Positions 25,353 through 39,016 of a stretch of DNA of 64,000 nucleotides are shown here, in pieces. This DNA comes from Mobula hypostoma (lineage: Eukaryota): positions 28,894,001 through 28,958,000 of the forward strand of contig NC_086097.1 in NCBI RefSeq assembly GCF_963921235.1, written 5' to 3'. The position numbers and the translations under genes were made by a program. The notes below the pieces were generated by a model. That model did not search any database, was not told the DNA's origin, and saw only the letters and a list, made by a program, of their open reading frames with translations. Each line of letters opens with the position of its first letter. Within the stretch, counting starts at the first letter, position 1.

Positions 25353-27902
25353 TAAGATTTCTTGCTCCAGATTTGTGCATAAGTCATCTCTTGTATCTCA
25401 ACATTATCACTAACCTTTCCCTTGACTTAAGGCACTGTCGAAGACCAATATCTACATCAACATGAAAAGGGAAGAATTAGGATCAGAAGAGGACTATGTG
25501 GTCCTTAATGCTCTCTCCACCATTCATCAAGAACATGGCTGATCTATTTTGGCACCATTTTCCTTCCCTAACACCAAATCCCAAGATTCTCTTAATGTTC
25601 AGCATCTTATCACAGTCATGATAAAGCTATCTATCTATCATGGACCAGCACACAGACAGGCCCCTTGTTTCATCTGGTCCATGCCAACCTGACCTGCCTA
25701 GTCCCATCTACCTGCACCCAGACCCTATCCTTCCAAACCCTTCCTATCCAAGCTTCTATTAAATGTTACAACTGAATCTGCATCCAATCACTTCTGCTGG
25801 CTTCTTATTTGACATTTGCACCACCTTCTGAGTGAAGAAACTTCCCCTCAGGTTCACCTTAAATATTTCATCTTTCTCCTTAAACCTATGGTCTCTATTT
25901 CACCCATGGATGTGCTGGGGTCAGCTCGCAAGTGTCACCGCACATTCTGGCACCAACGTAGCATGCCCACAGTGTTCGGTGAAAAAAATATAAGCAACAG
26001 CAATAACAAAACAAAACAACAAGCCCTTTTCTCAGCCCCCCACTTAGACAGGCCGCCAACAATCTTATAGAATACTCCTGAACTTCTGCGCACAATGTCG
26101 TGCTGACCTTTTAACCCCTAAGATCAATCTAATCCTTCCCTCTGGCTGTTCTTGTACACACAACAATCTATTGTTGTGAGTGAACAATGACTGAACCTCT
26201 TACAGCTGCTCCACGATGGGAAGTCCACAACATCGTGGGCCAAAGGGCCTGCACTGTGCTGTTATGTTTTTATGTCCTATGTTCTATGAGATGGTTGAAG
26301 GCCTGCGTGAGTGGAAGGCTGGGAAAGGGGCTTGTTTTGAGGAGTGTTTCTTTTGTTTTGTTGTTGCTGCTGTGTTGGCACCAGGATGTGTGGTGGCACT
26401 TGTGGGCTGCCGCCAGCACATCCTTAGGTGCATTGGTTGTTAAGGCAAATGACACATTTCACTGCATGGTTTGATGTACATGTGATCAATAAATCTAAAT
26501 CCGAAATGAAGAAATTTCCCCTCATCTTTGTCCTAAATTGCCAACCCCTCATTCTGAGATTGTGACCCTCATCTTAGACCTCATTCTTCGGAAGGTTGTG
26601 AACAATGTTAAATAACGCTTGCACAAATAATACTAGTAAATGGATTGACTCGATTACTGCAAGCCCAATTAACGTAGGGGTTTGGAATCAGTGTGAGAAG
26701 CTGTCATCCCATCATTTTCTGTTGGATTCTATCCCAGAAAGCAAAGCCAAGTGGGCAGCTACTGACTCGTTGATTCATTCACTCTTCCTTTGACAAGTTT
26801 CCTTCTATCCTTTCAGTTCTATCTCCCCATTATAGGGAGGATGTAGAGGCTTTGAAAAGGGTGCAGAAGTGGTTCACTAGGATGCTGCCTGTCTTGGAGA
26901 GTATTAGCTGTAAGGCAGGGGTTCCCAACCATTTTTTTTTAATGCTGTGGACCAATACCATTAAGCAAGGGGCCCGAGGACCCCAGGTTGGGAACCCCTG
27001 CTATAAGGAGAGGTTGGACAAACTTGGATGGTTTTTCTCTGAGAGGGCAACATGAGAGAAGTTTATAGAATGATGAGAGACAAAGATAGGGCGGAGAGTC
27101 AGTTCCCAAGGTGGAAATATCAAATACTAGAAGGCATAAGTTTAACGCAGAGAGGTGGAAAGTTAAAAGGTTTTTAAACTCTTAATTTTTAAACTAAGAG
27201 AGTAGTAGATAATGCCAGGGGAAGATGATAACTTTTAAGAAGAATTTAGACAGGCACATGAACAAGTAGGGAATGGAAGGATACAGATCACGTGCAGGCA
27301 GGTGGGTTTAGTTTAACTTGGTATATTAGTCAGCACAGACATTATGGGCTGAAGGGCCTGTTCTTGTGCTGTACTGGTCTGTTGTCTACGTTTTTTTTTT
27401 CTTTCCCGTTATTTCTCCTTTAAGGTACTCTATAAATCCTACCTTTTTGTCCAAGCTTTTGGAGGTACTGCTTCAGAGTTTATGTTTGTTTTTTAAAGAT
27501 TAGCTTAAATATTTTCACATGTACATCGAAACCTCAAAGCAAACTCTGAAATGCGTCATTTGCATCAATGACCAGTGCAGTGTAAGGATGTGGTGGGGGC
27601 AGCTCGCAAGTGTTTTTACTTCTGGCACCAACATCACTTGCCCACAACTTACAACCTGTTAGTCTTTGGAATGTGGAATGTGGAATGTGGGAGGAAACTC
27701 CTACTCCCCGGGGGAAACCCAAGCAGTCATGGGGAAAGTGTACGAGCTCCTCACAGACCGCAACAGGAATTGATCCCAGACCGGGGGATCACTGCTAACC
27801 TCTACACTACCAGGACAGTTTGATGATCTTCCTTCAAATTACCAATGTTAAAGGAGTTATGTTATGTGACTGGCAATGAACATTACTCAAAGTGACACGT
27901 AC

Positions 27903-28097
27903 ATACAAAAACTTCACGTTGTCGTTGACATCCAGTCCTTTGCACAGATTGGAAACCCCCTCATTGTTGATGTGGTTGGTGCTGAGGTTGAGCTCCAGCA
28001 GGGTGTTGTTGTACTTCAGAGTCTCTCCTATGGCCAACGCGCCTTCATTCCCAAACCCATTACAGGAAAGATCAAGGACCTTCAAGGTGATATTGAT
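27903..28097 (-). CDS. LRRC74A: LRRC74A-like exon (195 nt): INITLKVLDLSCNGFGNEGALAIGETLKYN...NDNVKFLY
   Basis: tctttag|ATC ... TAT|gtacgt; two RI-like LRRs; 65 codons, phase 0 to 0; overlaps ORF 27834..28085. Confidence 0.92.
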
Positions 28098-28350
28098 CTA
28101 AAGACAGAAGACATGCTGAAACTGTGTGGAAATGGCAAACAGAATTTGGTCAGATAATGATAATAAACACATGACAATAATTACTGTGCTGACTTGGAAC
28201 TCCATTGATAAAAATAAAGATAGGTTTTATTTATCACATGTACATTGAAACATCAAACTGTACAGTGAAATTTGTCAGCCAAGCAGTTCGAGGATTGTGC
28301 GGGAGGCAGCACACAAGTACCACCACACTTCTGGAGCCAACATATCATGC

Positions 28351-29181
28351 TGTGATGGGGTCCTGAATTACCCCTATGAACTATGCTTTTAAAAAGAGAG
28401 AGAGAGAGAGTTGTTCAACACCAGACACCTTGTTATTAAGAGAGAGAGAGAGAGGCAAAGACTGCTTTGAGATGGTGTTATGGTTTCTTTGCAGCATGTT
28501 TACACTTTGCAAGGACACTGTCAGCTTCTGTGTTCTAACAGAGAGAGAAGGGAGGAGCTACTTGATGGACAGCTGGTGTTCAACACGGTGAGATAAATAG
28601 AAGGTCAACTGATAGACTGACAGACACATGGTTTTGGACACTGAATAAGCTTTGTTGTGCCCACAGAAAAGGTGGGTTTTGGAGAATCAATCAAGCGGAT
28701 TGATCAGTGGCTCTCACAGTGTGAAAAAGGTGTGACTGGTGGGGAGTTACTCGTTTGTCCAACCCTCGCCTGGGTTGATAATTCCACCACAGAAGAACAG
28801 TCCCCTTTGTTGTGGTCACAGTCGGTGACTTCTGAAGGATTTTGGAGGACAACAGAAAGATTGCCGGCGTCAGCTCACCTGAAGACGCAAACCTCTCTCT
28901 CTCTCTCTCTCTCCATCACTACTCAGCTCAATACCATGAACTGAACTGAACTTTACACATCATTGTAAGGCTATCTAATTACCCCTAGACTTGAAGAAGC
29001 TTGGTTTTCATATACTTCCACACTTATACATATCTAATCATTGCTAACCTGTTTTATATATCTGATTTGATATTCCTGTGTTGCGTAGTTACTAATAAAT
29101 ATCACTAGTTAATAGCAATACTGGACTCCAAAGTGTTTTCCATTTCTGCTGGATCTTTAACCCGTCATGGGGTACGTGACA
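28351..29181 (+). mobile_element. Solo LTR (831 bp) inserted in a SINE
   Basis: TGTGATG...GTACGTGACA; TSD atgc (28347-28350 / 29182-29185); AATAAA at ~29094. Confidence 0.88.
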
Positions 29182-30099
29182 ATGCTCATAACTCACTGAC
29201 CCTAGTTGTATGTTTTTGGAATGTGGGAGGAAACCAGAATGGTCAGGCTTTTGTTTTGCCAGTGGGGGGGGGGGAGAGGGAATTATTGCTTGTGGCTGCT
29301 TACACGTGGGAGGGAGGGGAGCTGGGGGGCACTTTGTGGTTCTAACATTTAACTGTCGTTCATTCTTTGGGGCACTCCTCTGTTTTCGTGGATGGTTGCA
29401 ACAAAAAAGCATTTCAGGATGTCTATTATATACATTTCTCTGACATTAAATGTACCTTTGAAACCTTTGATGATCTTGCACCTTATTTTTTACTTGCACT
29501 GCACCTTCTCTGTAACTGTCACACTTTATTCTGCATTCTACTATTGTTTTACCTTGCTCTGCTCAACGCACTGTGTAATGATTTGATCTGTATGAACAGT
29601 ATGTAAGACAAGCTTTTCACGCTACCTTGGTACACGTGGTAATAACAAACTAACTCCAATTCCAATCGTAACTAGTTCTTACAGAGTCTCACAGTGCATA
29701 AGGAGACCCTTCAGTCTACTGAGTCCACAGTGACCATCAAGCACCCATTAACACTAATCCCATATTTTTATTCTCCCCATATCCCTCATGTTCTACCACT
29801 CACCTACACACTCAGAGCAATTTTCTGCACCCCACTGACCCACCAACCCATGCTTCTTTGGGAAGCAGAGGAACCAGGGCACGTGGAGGAATCCCACACA
29901 CTCACAGGGAGAAGGAGCAAGTTCCAGCCAGACTGCACCCGAGGTCAGGATTGACCTCTGGTCAGGCAGCACCTCGACAAGGCATGCCACTGAGCAATCC
30001 TATAAAAGCACTGGCTTAATGGTCCTTTTCATTCAAGATTCAAGATTGTTTAATTTCATTTTCAGTACATAAGTGTAAAAGATGAACAAGGGGAGGGGA

Positions 30100-30772
30100 G
30101 GGGACGCAGCGCACGCGGCTCCGAATTGATATCGTATTTGTTAACTAGGGGTCGTGCACAATCCTGATTTGATGGAGACGGATGTGGGAAGCACAGAGGA
30201 ACATCTGGAGAAACTTCTGAAATGCCCGCTTCGCTGCCGTTGCTGCTGCTACTGTGCGATCGAGAATCTCCGGAGGGGAAGGTCCCAAATCCTTGGCTTT
30301 GCCTATTGCCTGTTGCTGGGGCCGGGGTCGAAGCGCTCGGCAGAGATGGTGCTCGGTGCTCAGTGTCGGAGGGCTGGTCGGAGGCTCGAAGTTTTCAAAC
30401 GGACTCAGAGTCAGACTGCAGTCAGGTGCTTCCAGAGTGCTGCATCGGCAAGTTTGCGGCGCTGGAAGCTCATGGCAGGAAGAGTTTCTCCCTTCTACCA
30501 TCTACATGAGATGATAGGACTTTCGAGAGACTTTGAGACTTTTTTTTACCGTGCCCATGGTCTGTTCTTTATCAAATTACGGTATTGCTTTGCACTGTTG
30601 TAATTATATGTTATAATTATGTGGTTTTTGTCAGCTTTTTTTAGTCTTGGTTTGTCTTGTATTTCTGTGATATCATTCTGGAGGAACAAATTGAATCATT
30701 TCTTAATGCATGCATTACTAAATGACAATAAAAGAGGACTGCGTGTCCTCATAATCTAATAATCTAATCTAA
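30100..30772 (+). mobile_element. Young CpG-rich non-autonomous retroposon with a (taatc)n tail
   Basis: CpG-rich 5' half, AATAAA then aatctaataatctaatct; interrupts the tail of the adjacent LINE. Confidence 0.55.
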
Positions 30773-30779
30773 ATGTTAC

Positions 30780-32060
30780 TCTGTCTCTGATGCAGCACAA
30801 AAAAAACTCAATAAGATGAAGAACACAATAATAATAATAAAAAACACAATAAATATATACATAAGATAGCTTATATACATGGATTGTATGTCCATAAGGT
30901 GACACTAGGTGTGTCTGTACATAAAGTGACTGACAGGAAATGATGAAGTAGTGGGGTTGGGGATGTTGATTAGCCCTACTGCTTGGGGAAAGTAACTCAT
31001 TTTCAGCCTGGTGGTCCCAGCGTGGATGCTTTGTAGCCTCCTCCCTGACGGGAGTGGGACAAACTGCGCATGAGCGGGGTTGGTGGGATCCTTCATAATG
31101 TTATTGGCCCTTTTCAAAGATTCAAAGTACATGTATTGTCAAAGAATATATCAATTATACACGTTGAGATTTGTTTGCTTACAGGCAGCCACAAAGCAAG
31201 AAACACAAAGAACCCAATTTAAAAAAAAGACCATAACCACTGCGCTGAGAAAGAGAGGAAAACACACACACACTTCATGCAAACAACAGAAGCCGACGAC
31301 AGCATTCTGAACCAGAGAAGTTGTGTGAGATGTGCACTCACTCCCAGGAGTTTGAAACTCCTGAAGATTTCCACTGCTGTTCCACCGATGTAAAAGGGGT
31401 TATGAGTGAAGTCAATAACCATCTCCTTTGTCTTGTTGACATAGAAGAAGAGGTTATTTGCCTGGCACCAGGCCTCGAGCTCTTCCACCTCCTCTCTGTA
31501 GGCTGCCCTATTGTTGTTGGTGATGAGCCCCACTGCTATTGTGTCATTGCCAAACTTGACGATGTGATTACTTAAGTGTTCAGGCATACAGAGTGTGAAC
31601 AGTGTGCATAGCAATGAGCAGAGCACGCAGCCCTGTGGGGCACCCGTGATGAGGAATGATCAGTGGGGGGGGTGGGAGCGGTTGTGCATCCCGACTGCCT
31701 GAGGTCTGCTGGTTAGGAAGTCCAACACCCAATTGCACGGTGGGGTACTTAGATCGAGGAAGAGTTTATTCAACAAGGTCCGTGGGACAATAGTGTTGAA
31801 TGCTGAACTGAAATCCAGAAACAGCGTTCTGACACCTGTTTTCTAGGTGTGTCAGGCCAGGTGCATGAGCGGTTCTGTTGGTAAGCATACTGGTGAGTGG
31901 CAGGAATGGAGTTTTTGTTAAGTGCCGTCCAAAGCACTTTTCATGGTGACTGGCGCCAGTGCCACCGGGCGATAGTTGTTTAGTTCTGAAGGTGCAGAAG
32001 GTCTTTGGTACAGGGATGATGGTGGCTGATTTGAAGCATATGGGGACAGCAACCAAGGTG
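30780..32060 (-). mobile_element. Decayed Rex1/Babar-like LINE fragment, with a small insertion at ~31115-31320
   Basis: [14 protein letters not shown] and WCQANNLFFYVNKTKEMVIDF motifs. Confidence 0.85.
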
Positions 32061-32866
32061 AATGAAGTTTTGACGATATCACTTTACCTCAAATGAAGAG
32101 AATAGCTCAGAAGGAGACCGTTCAGCTCATTGAGAATATACGACGCTATTAAAAAGCTGTCCTTATATTCGCACCTGAAATCTTTCATTTTTGGTACTTT
32201 TGTCAAATCCAACAACAGAATCAGCAGAGTGAATTTCTTAGAGAGCTTCTAAAATGTCAAGGCTCCCTGCCTTCCAAGTTAAATTAGTCGGAATCTTTAT
32301 TTCTGAGGATAGAAATGTCAAATGTGTGAGGATATGCATTTTAGGTGAGAGGGGGATTATTTAAAAGGGATGTGCGGAGCAAGATTATTTACGCGGAGAG
32401 CGGAGGGTGCCTGGAGTAGCTTGTGAGGGGTGGCAGTGGAGGCAGATACAATAATGGTGCTTAAGTTGTGGGATAAACATGTTGGGACGTGCCTGTCCTA
32501 GCTAGCAAAGCCAGCTCTGACGGACTGGGTGGATCAGGTCAACAGTGATATCCAGCAGCCAGAAAGGGAATTCTGCAACATTTCGTGGAGAGCGAAGGGC
32601 AGGACAAGGCACAGAAAAAAACGCAGGTTTCTTCCTGTAGTTCATATCATTTCAAAGAAGGAAATCTATAGCAGCGGCTTCTCTACCAGATCCAGGCTAA
32701 TTTCCATGTACTTCTTGTGTCGCTCACAACTTGGGCTCAGCAGCCACCTTTGAATGCTCAAGAACTGCACAAATCTAATTATTATTCTCAAATGCCATGG
32801 ACACCCAATCAGATAGAGCCAAACAGCAAAATGAGCCGTACCGAGGGAAGGAATTTCTGTTCTTAC

Positions 32867-32952
32867 CCTTAATCCTGCGCTTATGGCCACTGCCCCCTGT
32901 GTTTGGATTTGGTTCCAGCTCAGGTTCAATCTTTCCAAACTTTCATTGTTTG
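32867..32952 (-). CDS. LRRC74A: LRRC74A-like exon (86 nt): (A)NNESLERLNLSWNQIQTQGAVAISAGLR
   Basis: tttgaag|CA ... AGG|gtaaga; LRR motif; phase 1 to 0. Confidence 0.9.
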
Positions 32953-32979
32953 CTTCAAATGAAGAGGGAAAAAAAAGAA

Positions 32980-33780
32980 TTGAGATTCAAATTTATTTAT
33001 CACATGTACATGGAAGCATGCAGTGAAACGTTTTGTTTGGCAAGGATGTGCTAGGTGCAGCCCACAAGTTTCACCACACACTTCAGCACCATCGTAAAGT
33101 GCCCAGGGTGCTTGGGAGAACAACACAGAACACATCTAAACAGAACATATCAGGTAACACAGCAACAGCAGTGAAAATAGCCCCATTCCTCCCACCCACC
33201 CACTGACGCACATGCTCTAACCCCCAGGACAGGCTGTTTTCAGCTTCCAGCGGTCTCATGGATTCACAGACACTGGGACCTGACTTTTCCAGTGGACCCA
33301 GAGATTTGCAGACTTGGTGATTGGACTTGACATCTGGACTTCTGACTGACCCTTGGGCTTTGATCTGAACTTCCATGTGATCTTCGGGTTTCGATCTACA
33401 CTATCAATCAACTTTCAGGCGTTGATCTTCAGTATCAGCCAAGACTCATATGTGATGACAAACGGGGGCTCTGGATGCGGACCCAAACTCCAGGCCTTGA
33501 ATCCCGGACTCGCTGATGATCTGACCCTGAAAACAAGGCCTGATGAACAGGACCCCAAACGTCCTTGCCAGAGTGCTGGAACTTTCCACTTGCCTTCAAA
33601 TCCAGAGCAGAGGCTTACACTCTGGCCTGTCCTCTAATTGCCCCACATCCCTATCCAAAAAACCCTGCCCTATACCCCTAACCTCCCTCTCTGTTCCCCA
33701 AGACAAGCGCCATGACTCTAAAAAAAAACAATAACACTAAGTCTGAGCCACAACTTCGATGAAGATGGCAACTCAGCGCC
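32980..33780 (-). mobile_element. Non-autonomous retroposon sharing its 3' tail with the SINE; shorter copies at ~5835-6070, 12060-12325, 25905-26060, 26290-26500, 55690-55900
   Basis: Shared blocks of the form ggg(g)cttgttttgctg...tgtgtgg.gacacttgc..gctgcc; no coding motif. Confidence 0.6.
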
Positions 33781-34001
33781 AGGTAAGTAAGAAGCAAAGT
33801 GGAATATTGGCTTTCATTGCAAAAGTTTGAGAGTCCAGGAGCAAAAAGGTCTTGCTATCTTTTTATGGAGATGCAGTGATACAACCCCTGGGATATTAAA
33901 CATGGTTTTGGCTCCTTCCATAAGAAAAGATATGCCAGTAAAAGTCTGATCATCTGCTGTTCGATTATTTGAAATCCCCCTGGTCTGGTGCATGGTTCAC
34001 T

Positions 34002-34314
34002 GCAGCCCCAGTTCCTGTGCTCATTTCAAACTGACAGGAGTCCCAGTTCCTACCCTCCCTTCAAACCCCAATTTCTGCACTCCTTTGAAACTCACTAGGA
34101 CCCAGGTTTCCAATCTTCCTGGAAACTCACTGGGGCCCAAGTTTCCAATCTCCCTGGAAGCTCACCGAGACCCCAGTTCCCATTCCCCACTGAAACTCAC
34201 CGAGAGCCCAGTTCCCATTCCTCACGGAAACTCACCGAGAGCCCAGTTCCCATTCCCCACGGAAACTCACTGAGACCCCAGTTCCCATTCCCCACGGAAA
34301 CTCACGGGAGCCCC
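34002..34314. repeat. 35-bp minisatellite, ~9 copies
   Basis: Unit gagaccccagttcccattccccacggaaactcacc starting at 34167, 34202, 34237 and 34272; more degenerate copies to the left. Confidence 0.92.
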
Positions 34315-34639
34315 TAGACAATATATTGTATTACTACAGAGCAATGAAAAAATGTGAATTTAAAGATTGATATGGTTTGTATACACTCAAGATCAAAAAA
34401 TCGAGAAGGGAAAATTTTGAAAATTACAAAATTGTGATGCTGTTTGAAGGGAGGGTAGGATGTTTCCCCTTGCTAGAATGAATTATCACAGACTAAAGGC
34501 AAGAGATTCAGGGCTGAGAAATAGGAGGGTGGGGTGCAGAGGGGATTAGTAGATTTCTCCTAGACTACTGGATGAGAGGAACAGGTGTATCTTGTCCTCA
34601 CCCTCTTATCTACAGGAAAGAAGTCTGCATTGCATTGAA

Positions 34640-35750
34640 CATTTAACATTGAACAGGCCGTTTGCCTCACAATGTTATGCCAACATCTTCACCTACTTTA
34701 AGATCAATCTAACCCTTCTCTCCCCTATAATGCTCAATTTTTCTTGCATCCATGTGCCTAACTAAGAGTTTCTTAAATGTTCCTCATATATGTGCTTCTA
34801 CCACCACTCCTGGCAGCATGTACCACACAGCCACCACTCTCTTTGTAAAAAACCTACCTCTGGCATACACCCCATACTTTTCTCCAGTCATATTAAAATT
34901 ATACCCCCTCATATTAGCCATTTCGGCCCTGGGAGATAGTCTCTGGCTGTCCACTCTACCTTATTCAACCTTGATCAAATCCGCTCTCATGCTCCTGCTC
35001 TGCAAAGAGAAAAGCCCGAGCTCACCTAACGTATCCTCATAAAAAAATGCTTGTTAATCCAGGCTGCATCCTGATAAATCTCTTCTGCATCCTCTCTAAA
35101 GTTCCTTCCAATAATGAAGTGACCAGAACCAAACGCAATACTCCAAGTGTGACCATAAGACAAGGGACCAGAGTTAGGCCGTACGAGTCTGCTCTGCCAG
35201 TTGACCATGGCTGATTTATTATCCTTATCAACCCCGTTCACCTGCTTTCTCCCTATAACCTTTGACCTCCTTATTAATCAACATCCCTTTTAAATATACC
35301 CAATGACTTGGCTTCCATATCTGTCTATGGCAATGAATTCCACAGATCCACCCTCTTCTGGCGAAGGAAATTTTCTTCGTCTCTGATCTAAAAGGACATC
35401 CTTGTATTCTGAGGTTGTGTCCTCTGGTCCTAGCAATAGTTTCCACTATTGGAAGCATCCTTTGCATGTAAACTCTATCTAGGCTTTTCAATATTCTATA
35501 GGTTTCAATGAGATGTCCCCCACCTCATTCTTCAGTAAGTACAGGCCCAGAGCCAGCAAATGCTCCTCATATATGATTTTTTCATCTCTGGGATTCTCCT
35601 CATACTGTAAACTTCCTCTGGACCCTCTCTGATGCTAGCATATCCTTTCTTTGCTAACAAGTCTGTAACTGCTCACAATACTCCAAATGCCAGTGTGGTT
35701 TAACTTGAATTTTATAGCACTACAACATTACCTCATGGCTCTTGAACTCT
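34640..35750 (-). mobile_element. Two nested CR1 3' fragments
   Basis: LERMQKRFIRMQPGL and RTRGHNLRIQG remnants; second tail begins near 35160. Confidence 0.75.
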
Positions 35751-35800
35751 AGGAGGAGCAAGCTAAATCATGAAATGAAAGATGCAAAGTTAATGCTCAC

Positions 35801-35882
35801 CTAACATGTGTCCCAGGAATTCTGCTCCTTTATTTCCAAACTCATTGTAGCTAAGATCCAGCTCCGAAATTCTGAAATTAAT
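35801..35882 (-). CDS. LRRC74A: LRRC74A-like exon (82 nt): INFRISELDLSYNEFGNKGAEFLGHML
   Basis: cctgtag|ATT ... TTAG|gtgagc; LxLxxN LRR motif; phase 0 to 1. Confidence 0.88.
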
Positions 35883-35993
35883 CTACAGGTGCAAATTTAA
35901 GCAAAATAACTTAAAATACATTCTTGGAAACTATCATCAAAATTATAAAGTAACTGAATCTGAATCAGATCAGGTTTTAATACTACTGACATA

Positions 35994-38255
35994 CAGTCCC
36001 TATAAAAAGTATTCACCCCCCACCCCCGGAAGTTTTCATGTTTTATTGTTTTACACCATTTAGAACATTGAATCACGGTAGATATAATTTGGCTTTTTTT
36101 TACACTGATCAACAGAGAAAGATTCTTCCATATCCAACTGAAGACAGATCTCTACAAAGTGATCCAAATTAATTACACATATCAAACACAAAATAATTAA
36201 TTGCATAAGTATTCACCCCCTTTAATACGACACTCCAAGTCATCACTGGTGCAGCCAATTGGTGTTAGAAGTCACATAATTAGTCAAATGGAGATCACTG
36301 TGTAGTCGGGGGTTTCAACTGATTATAGTAAAAATACACCTGTATCTGGAAGGTCCAACTGCTGGTGATTCATAGAAACATAGAAACATAGAAAATAGGT
36401 GCAGGAGTAGGCCATTCGGCCCTTCGAGCCTGCACCGCCATTTATTATGATCATGGCTGATCATCCAACTCAGAACCCAGCCTTCCCTCCATACCCCCTG
36501 ACCCCTGTAGCCACAAGGGCCATATCTAACTTCCTTTTAAACATAGCTAATGAACTGGCCTCAACAGTTTGCTGTGGCAGAGAATTCCACAGATTCACCA
36601 CTCTCTGTGTGAAGAAGTTTTTCCTAACCTCGGTCCTAAAAGGCTTCCCCTCTATCCTCAAACTGTGACCCCTCGTTCTAGACCTCCCCAACATCGGGAA
36701 CAATCTTCCCGCATCTAGCCTGTCCAATCCCTTTAGGATCTTATACGTTTCAATCAGATCCCCCCTCAACCTTCTAAATTCCAACGAGTACAAGCCCAGT
36801 TCATCCAGTCTTTCTTCATATGAAAGACCTGCCATCCCAGGAATCAATCTGGTGAACCTTCTTTGTACTCCCTCTATGGCAAAGATGTCTTTCCTCAGAT
36901 TAGGGGACCAAAACTGCACACAATACTCCAGGTGTGGTCTCACCAAGGCCTTGTACAACTGCAGTAGTACCTCCCTGCTCCTGTACTCGAATCCTCTCGC
37001 TATAAATGCCAGATTCAGTATCTTGACAGAAACTACACCGTGAAAACAAAAGAACTCTCCAAGGCAACTCTGTGAAAAGGTTATTGAAAAGCTCAAGTCA
37101 AGAGGTGGATACAAGAACATTTCCAAGTCACTGTATATCCCTTGGAGTACCGTTAATTCAATCATCAAGAAATGCAGAGAATACGGCACAGCTGTAAATC
37201 TGCCTAGAGCAGGTCATCCTCAGAAACTGAGTGACCATGCAAGAAGGGGACTAGTGAGGGAGGCCACCAAGAGACCTATGACAACTCTGGAGGAGTTACA
37301 AGCTTCAGTGGGTGAGATGGGAGAGACTGCACATACAACAACTGTTGCCCAGATGCTTCACCTGTCACAGCTTTATGGGAGAATGACAAAGAGAAGCCAC
37401 TGTTGAAAAAAAGCTCACATGTAATCTTGGCTAGAGTTTGCTAGAAGGCACGTGGGAGACTCTGAAGTCAGTTGGAAGGAGGTATTATGGTCTAATGAAA
37501 CCAAAATTGAGCTTTTTGGCCATCAGACTAAATGCTATATTTGGCATAAGCCAAACACCACACATCATCAAAGACACACCATTCCTACTGTGAAACATGG
37601 TGGTGGGGATGCTTCACTGCAGCAGGCCCTGGAAGGCTTGTGAAGATAGAGAGTAAAAACAAAGGCAGCAAAATACAGGGAAATCCTGGAGAAAAACCTG
37701 ATGCAGTCTGCAAAAGAACTGCAACTTGGGAGAAGATTTGTTCTACAGCCAGACAATAACCCCAAGCATAAAGCCAAAGCTACACAAGAATTGCTTAAAA
37801 GCAACAAAGTTAATGTCCTGGAGTGGCCAAGTCAGAGTCCAGACCTCAATCCAGTTGAGAATTTGTGGCTGGACATGAAAAGGGCTGTTCACTCATGATC
37901 CCCATGCAATCTGACAGAGCTTGAGCAGTTTTGTAAAGAATGGGGAAAAGTTGCAGTATCCAGATGTGCAAAGCCGATAGAGACCTATCACACATACTCA
38001 AGGCTGTAATTGCTGCCAAAGGTACATCTACTAAATACTAACTTGAAGGGGGTGAGTAATTATGCAATTATTTTGTGTTTAATAATTGTAATAAATTTAG
38101 ACCAATTTGTAGAAATTTATTTTCACTTTGACATGAAGGAGTCTTTTATGTTGATCAGTGTCAAAAAAGCCAAATTAAATCCACTTAATTCAATGTTGTA
38201 AAACAATAAAACAGGAAAACTTCCAAGGAGTGGTGAATACTTTATATATGCCCTG
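35994..38255 (+). mobile_element. Tc1-like DNA transposon with long (~230 bp) IR/DR-type TIRs and a decayed transposase (~37040-38045)
   Basis: TA|CAG...CTG|TA ends; repeated aagtattcacccc within the [25 protein letters not shown] and [15 protein letters not shown] motifs. Confidence 0.93.
36373..37011 (-). mobile_element. Young 5'-truncated CR1 LINE inserted in the Tc1 element
   Basis: TSD gattca (36367-36372 / 37012-37017); (catagaaa)n tail; uninterrupted C-terminal ORF2 [19 protein letters not shown]. Confidence 0.93.
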
Positions 38256-38314
38256 TATATCATGAAACATGTTTTCTTATGACAGCAGAGCAGTGCAATA
38301 CATTTTAAAAAACT

Positions 38315-38680
38315 ACACTCAGTGTAATCAGTACACTGGTACACTTGTACACCTGCTTGTTAATGCAAATATCCAATCAGCCGATTATGTGGTGACAACT
38401 CAGTATATAAAAACATGCAGACATGGTCAAGAAGTTTGGTTATTGTTTGGACGAAACATCAGAATGGAAGAAGTATGATCTAAGTGACTTAGACCATGGA
38501 ATAGTTGGTGGTAACAGACAGGGTGGTTTGAGTATCGCAGAAACTGCTGATCTCCTGGGATTTTCATGTACGACAGACTCTGGAGTTTACAGAGAATGGC
38601 GCAATAAACAAAAAAAATCCAGTAAGTGGCAGTTCATTGGGCAAAAACATCTTGTTAATGAGAGATTTGAAGAAGGTGAG
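38315..38680 (+). mobile_element. Tc1/mariner-derived non-autonomous element fragment
   Basis: DLSDLDHGIVGGNRQGGLSIAETADLLGFS HTH remnant; same family as 51580-52135. Confidence 0.75.
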
Positions 38681-39016
38681 GAATGTGCTACCTCCTGAGT
38701 TCTCACTGAGGTTTCATCCATTATAAAAGTCAGTCTCCGGCCCTTTGGGCTTACACAGACTCATCAGGACACAAATGACTTCACCAATCGCATCATGGGC
38801 TGTGGGTCCTGACTAAACTCCAGGCATAACATAGAAAACCTGTTTACAAGAGGTAGAAGCACACAATCTATAACTCACAAGACCATAAGGATCAACTTCA
38901 TTCAACATATACTGTACATTTGCATGCATTGGATTGGGAATTTGCTGTGGTGTATTGGTGCGATGTGCATAAGAAGCAATTATAAATAAAGAATTATATC
39001 AAATTAAAGTTAGTGG

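Noticed and set aside
30145..30603. Overlapping ORFs or CpG-island promoter
   Set aside because: They lie within a GC-rich retroposon with a simple-repeat tail and show no protein motif.
34002..34314. CRISPR-like array
   Set aside because: Units are head-to-tail with no unique spacers, in a vertebrate intron with no cas genes.
36470..37189. 239-aa ORF as a novel fusion gene
   Set aside because: It is chance read-through from antisense Tc1 sequence into a CR1 ORF2 fragment.
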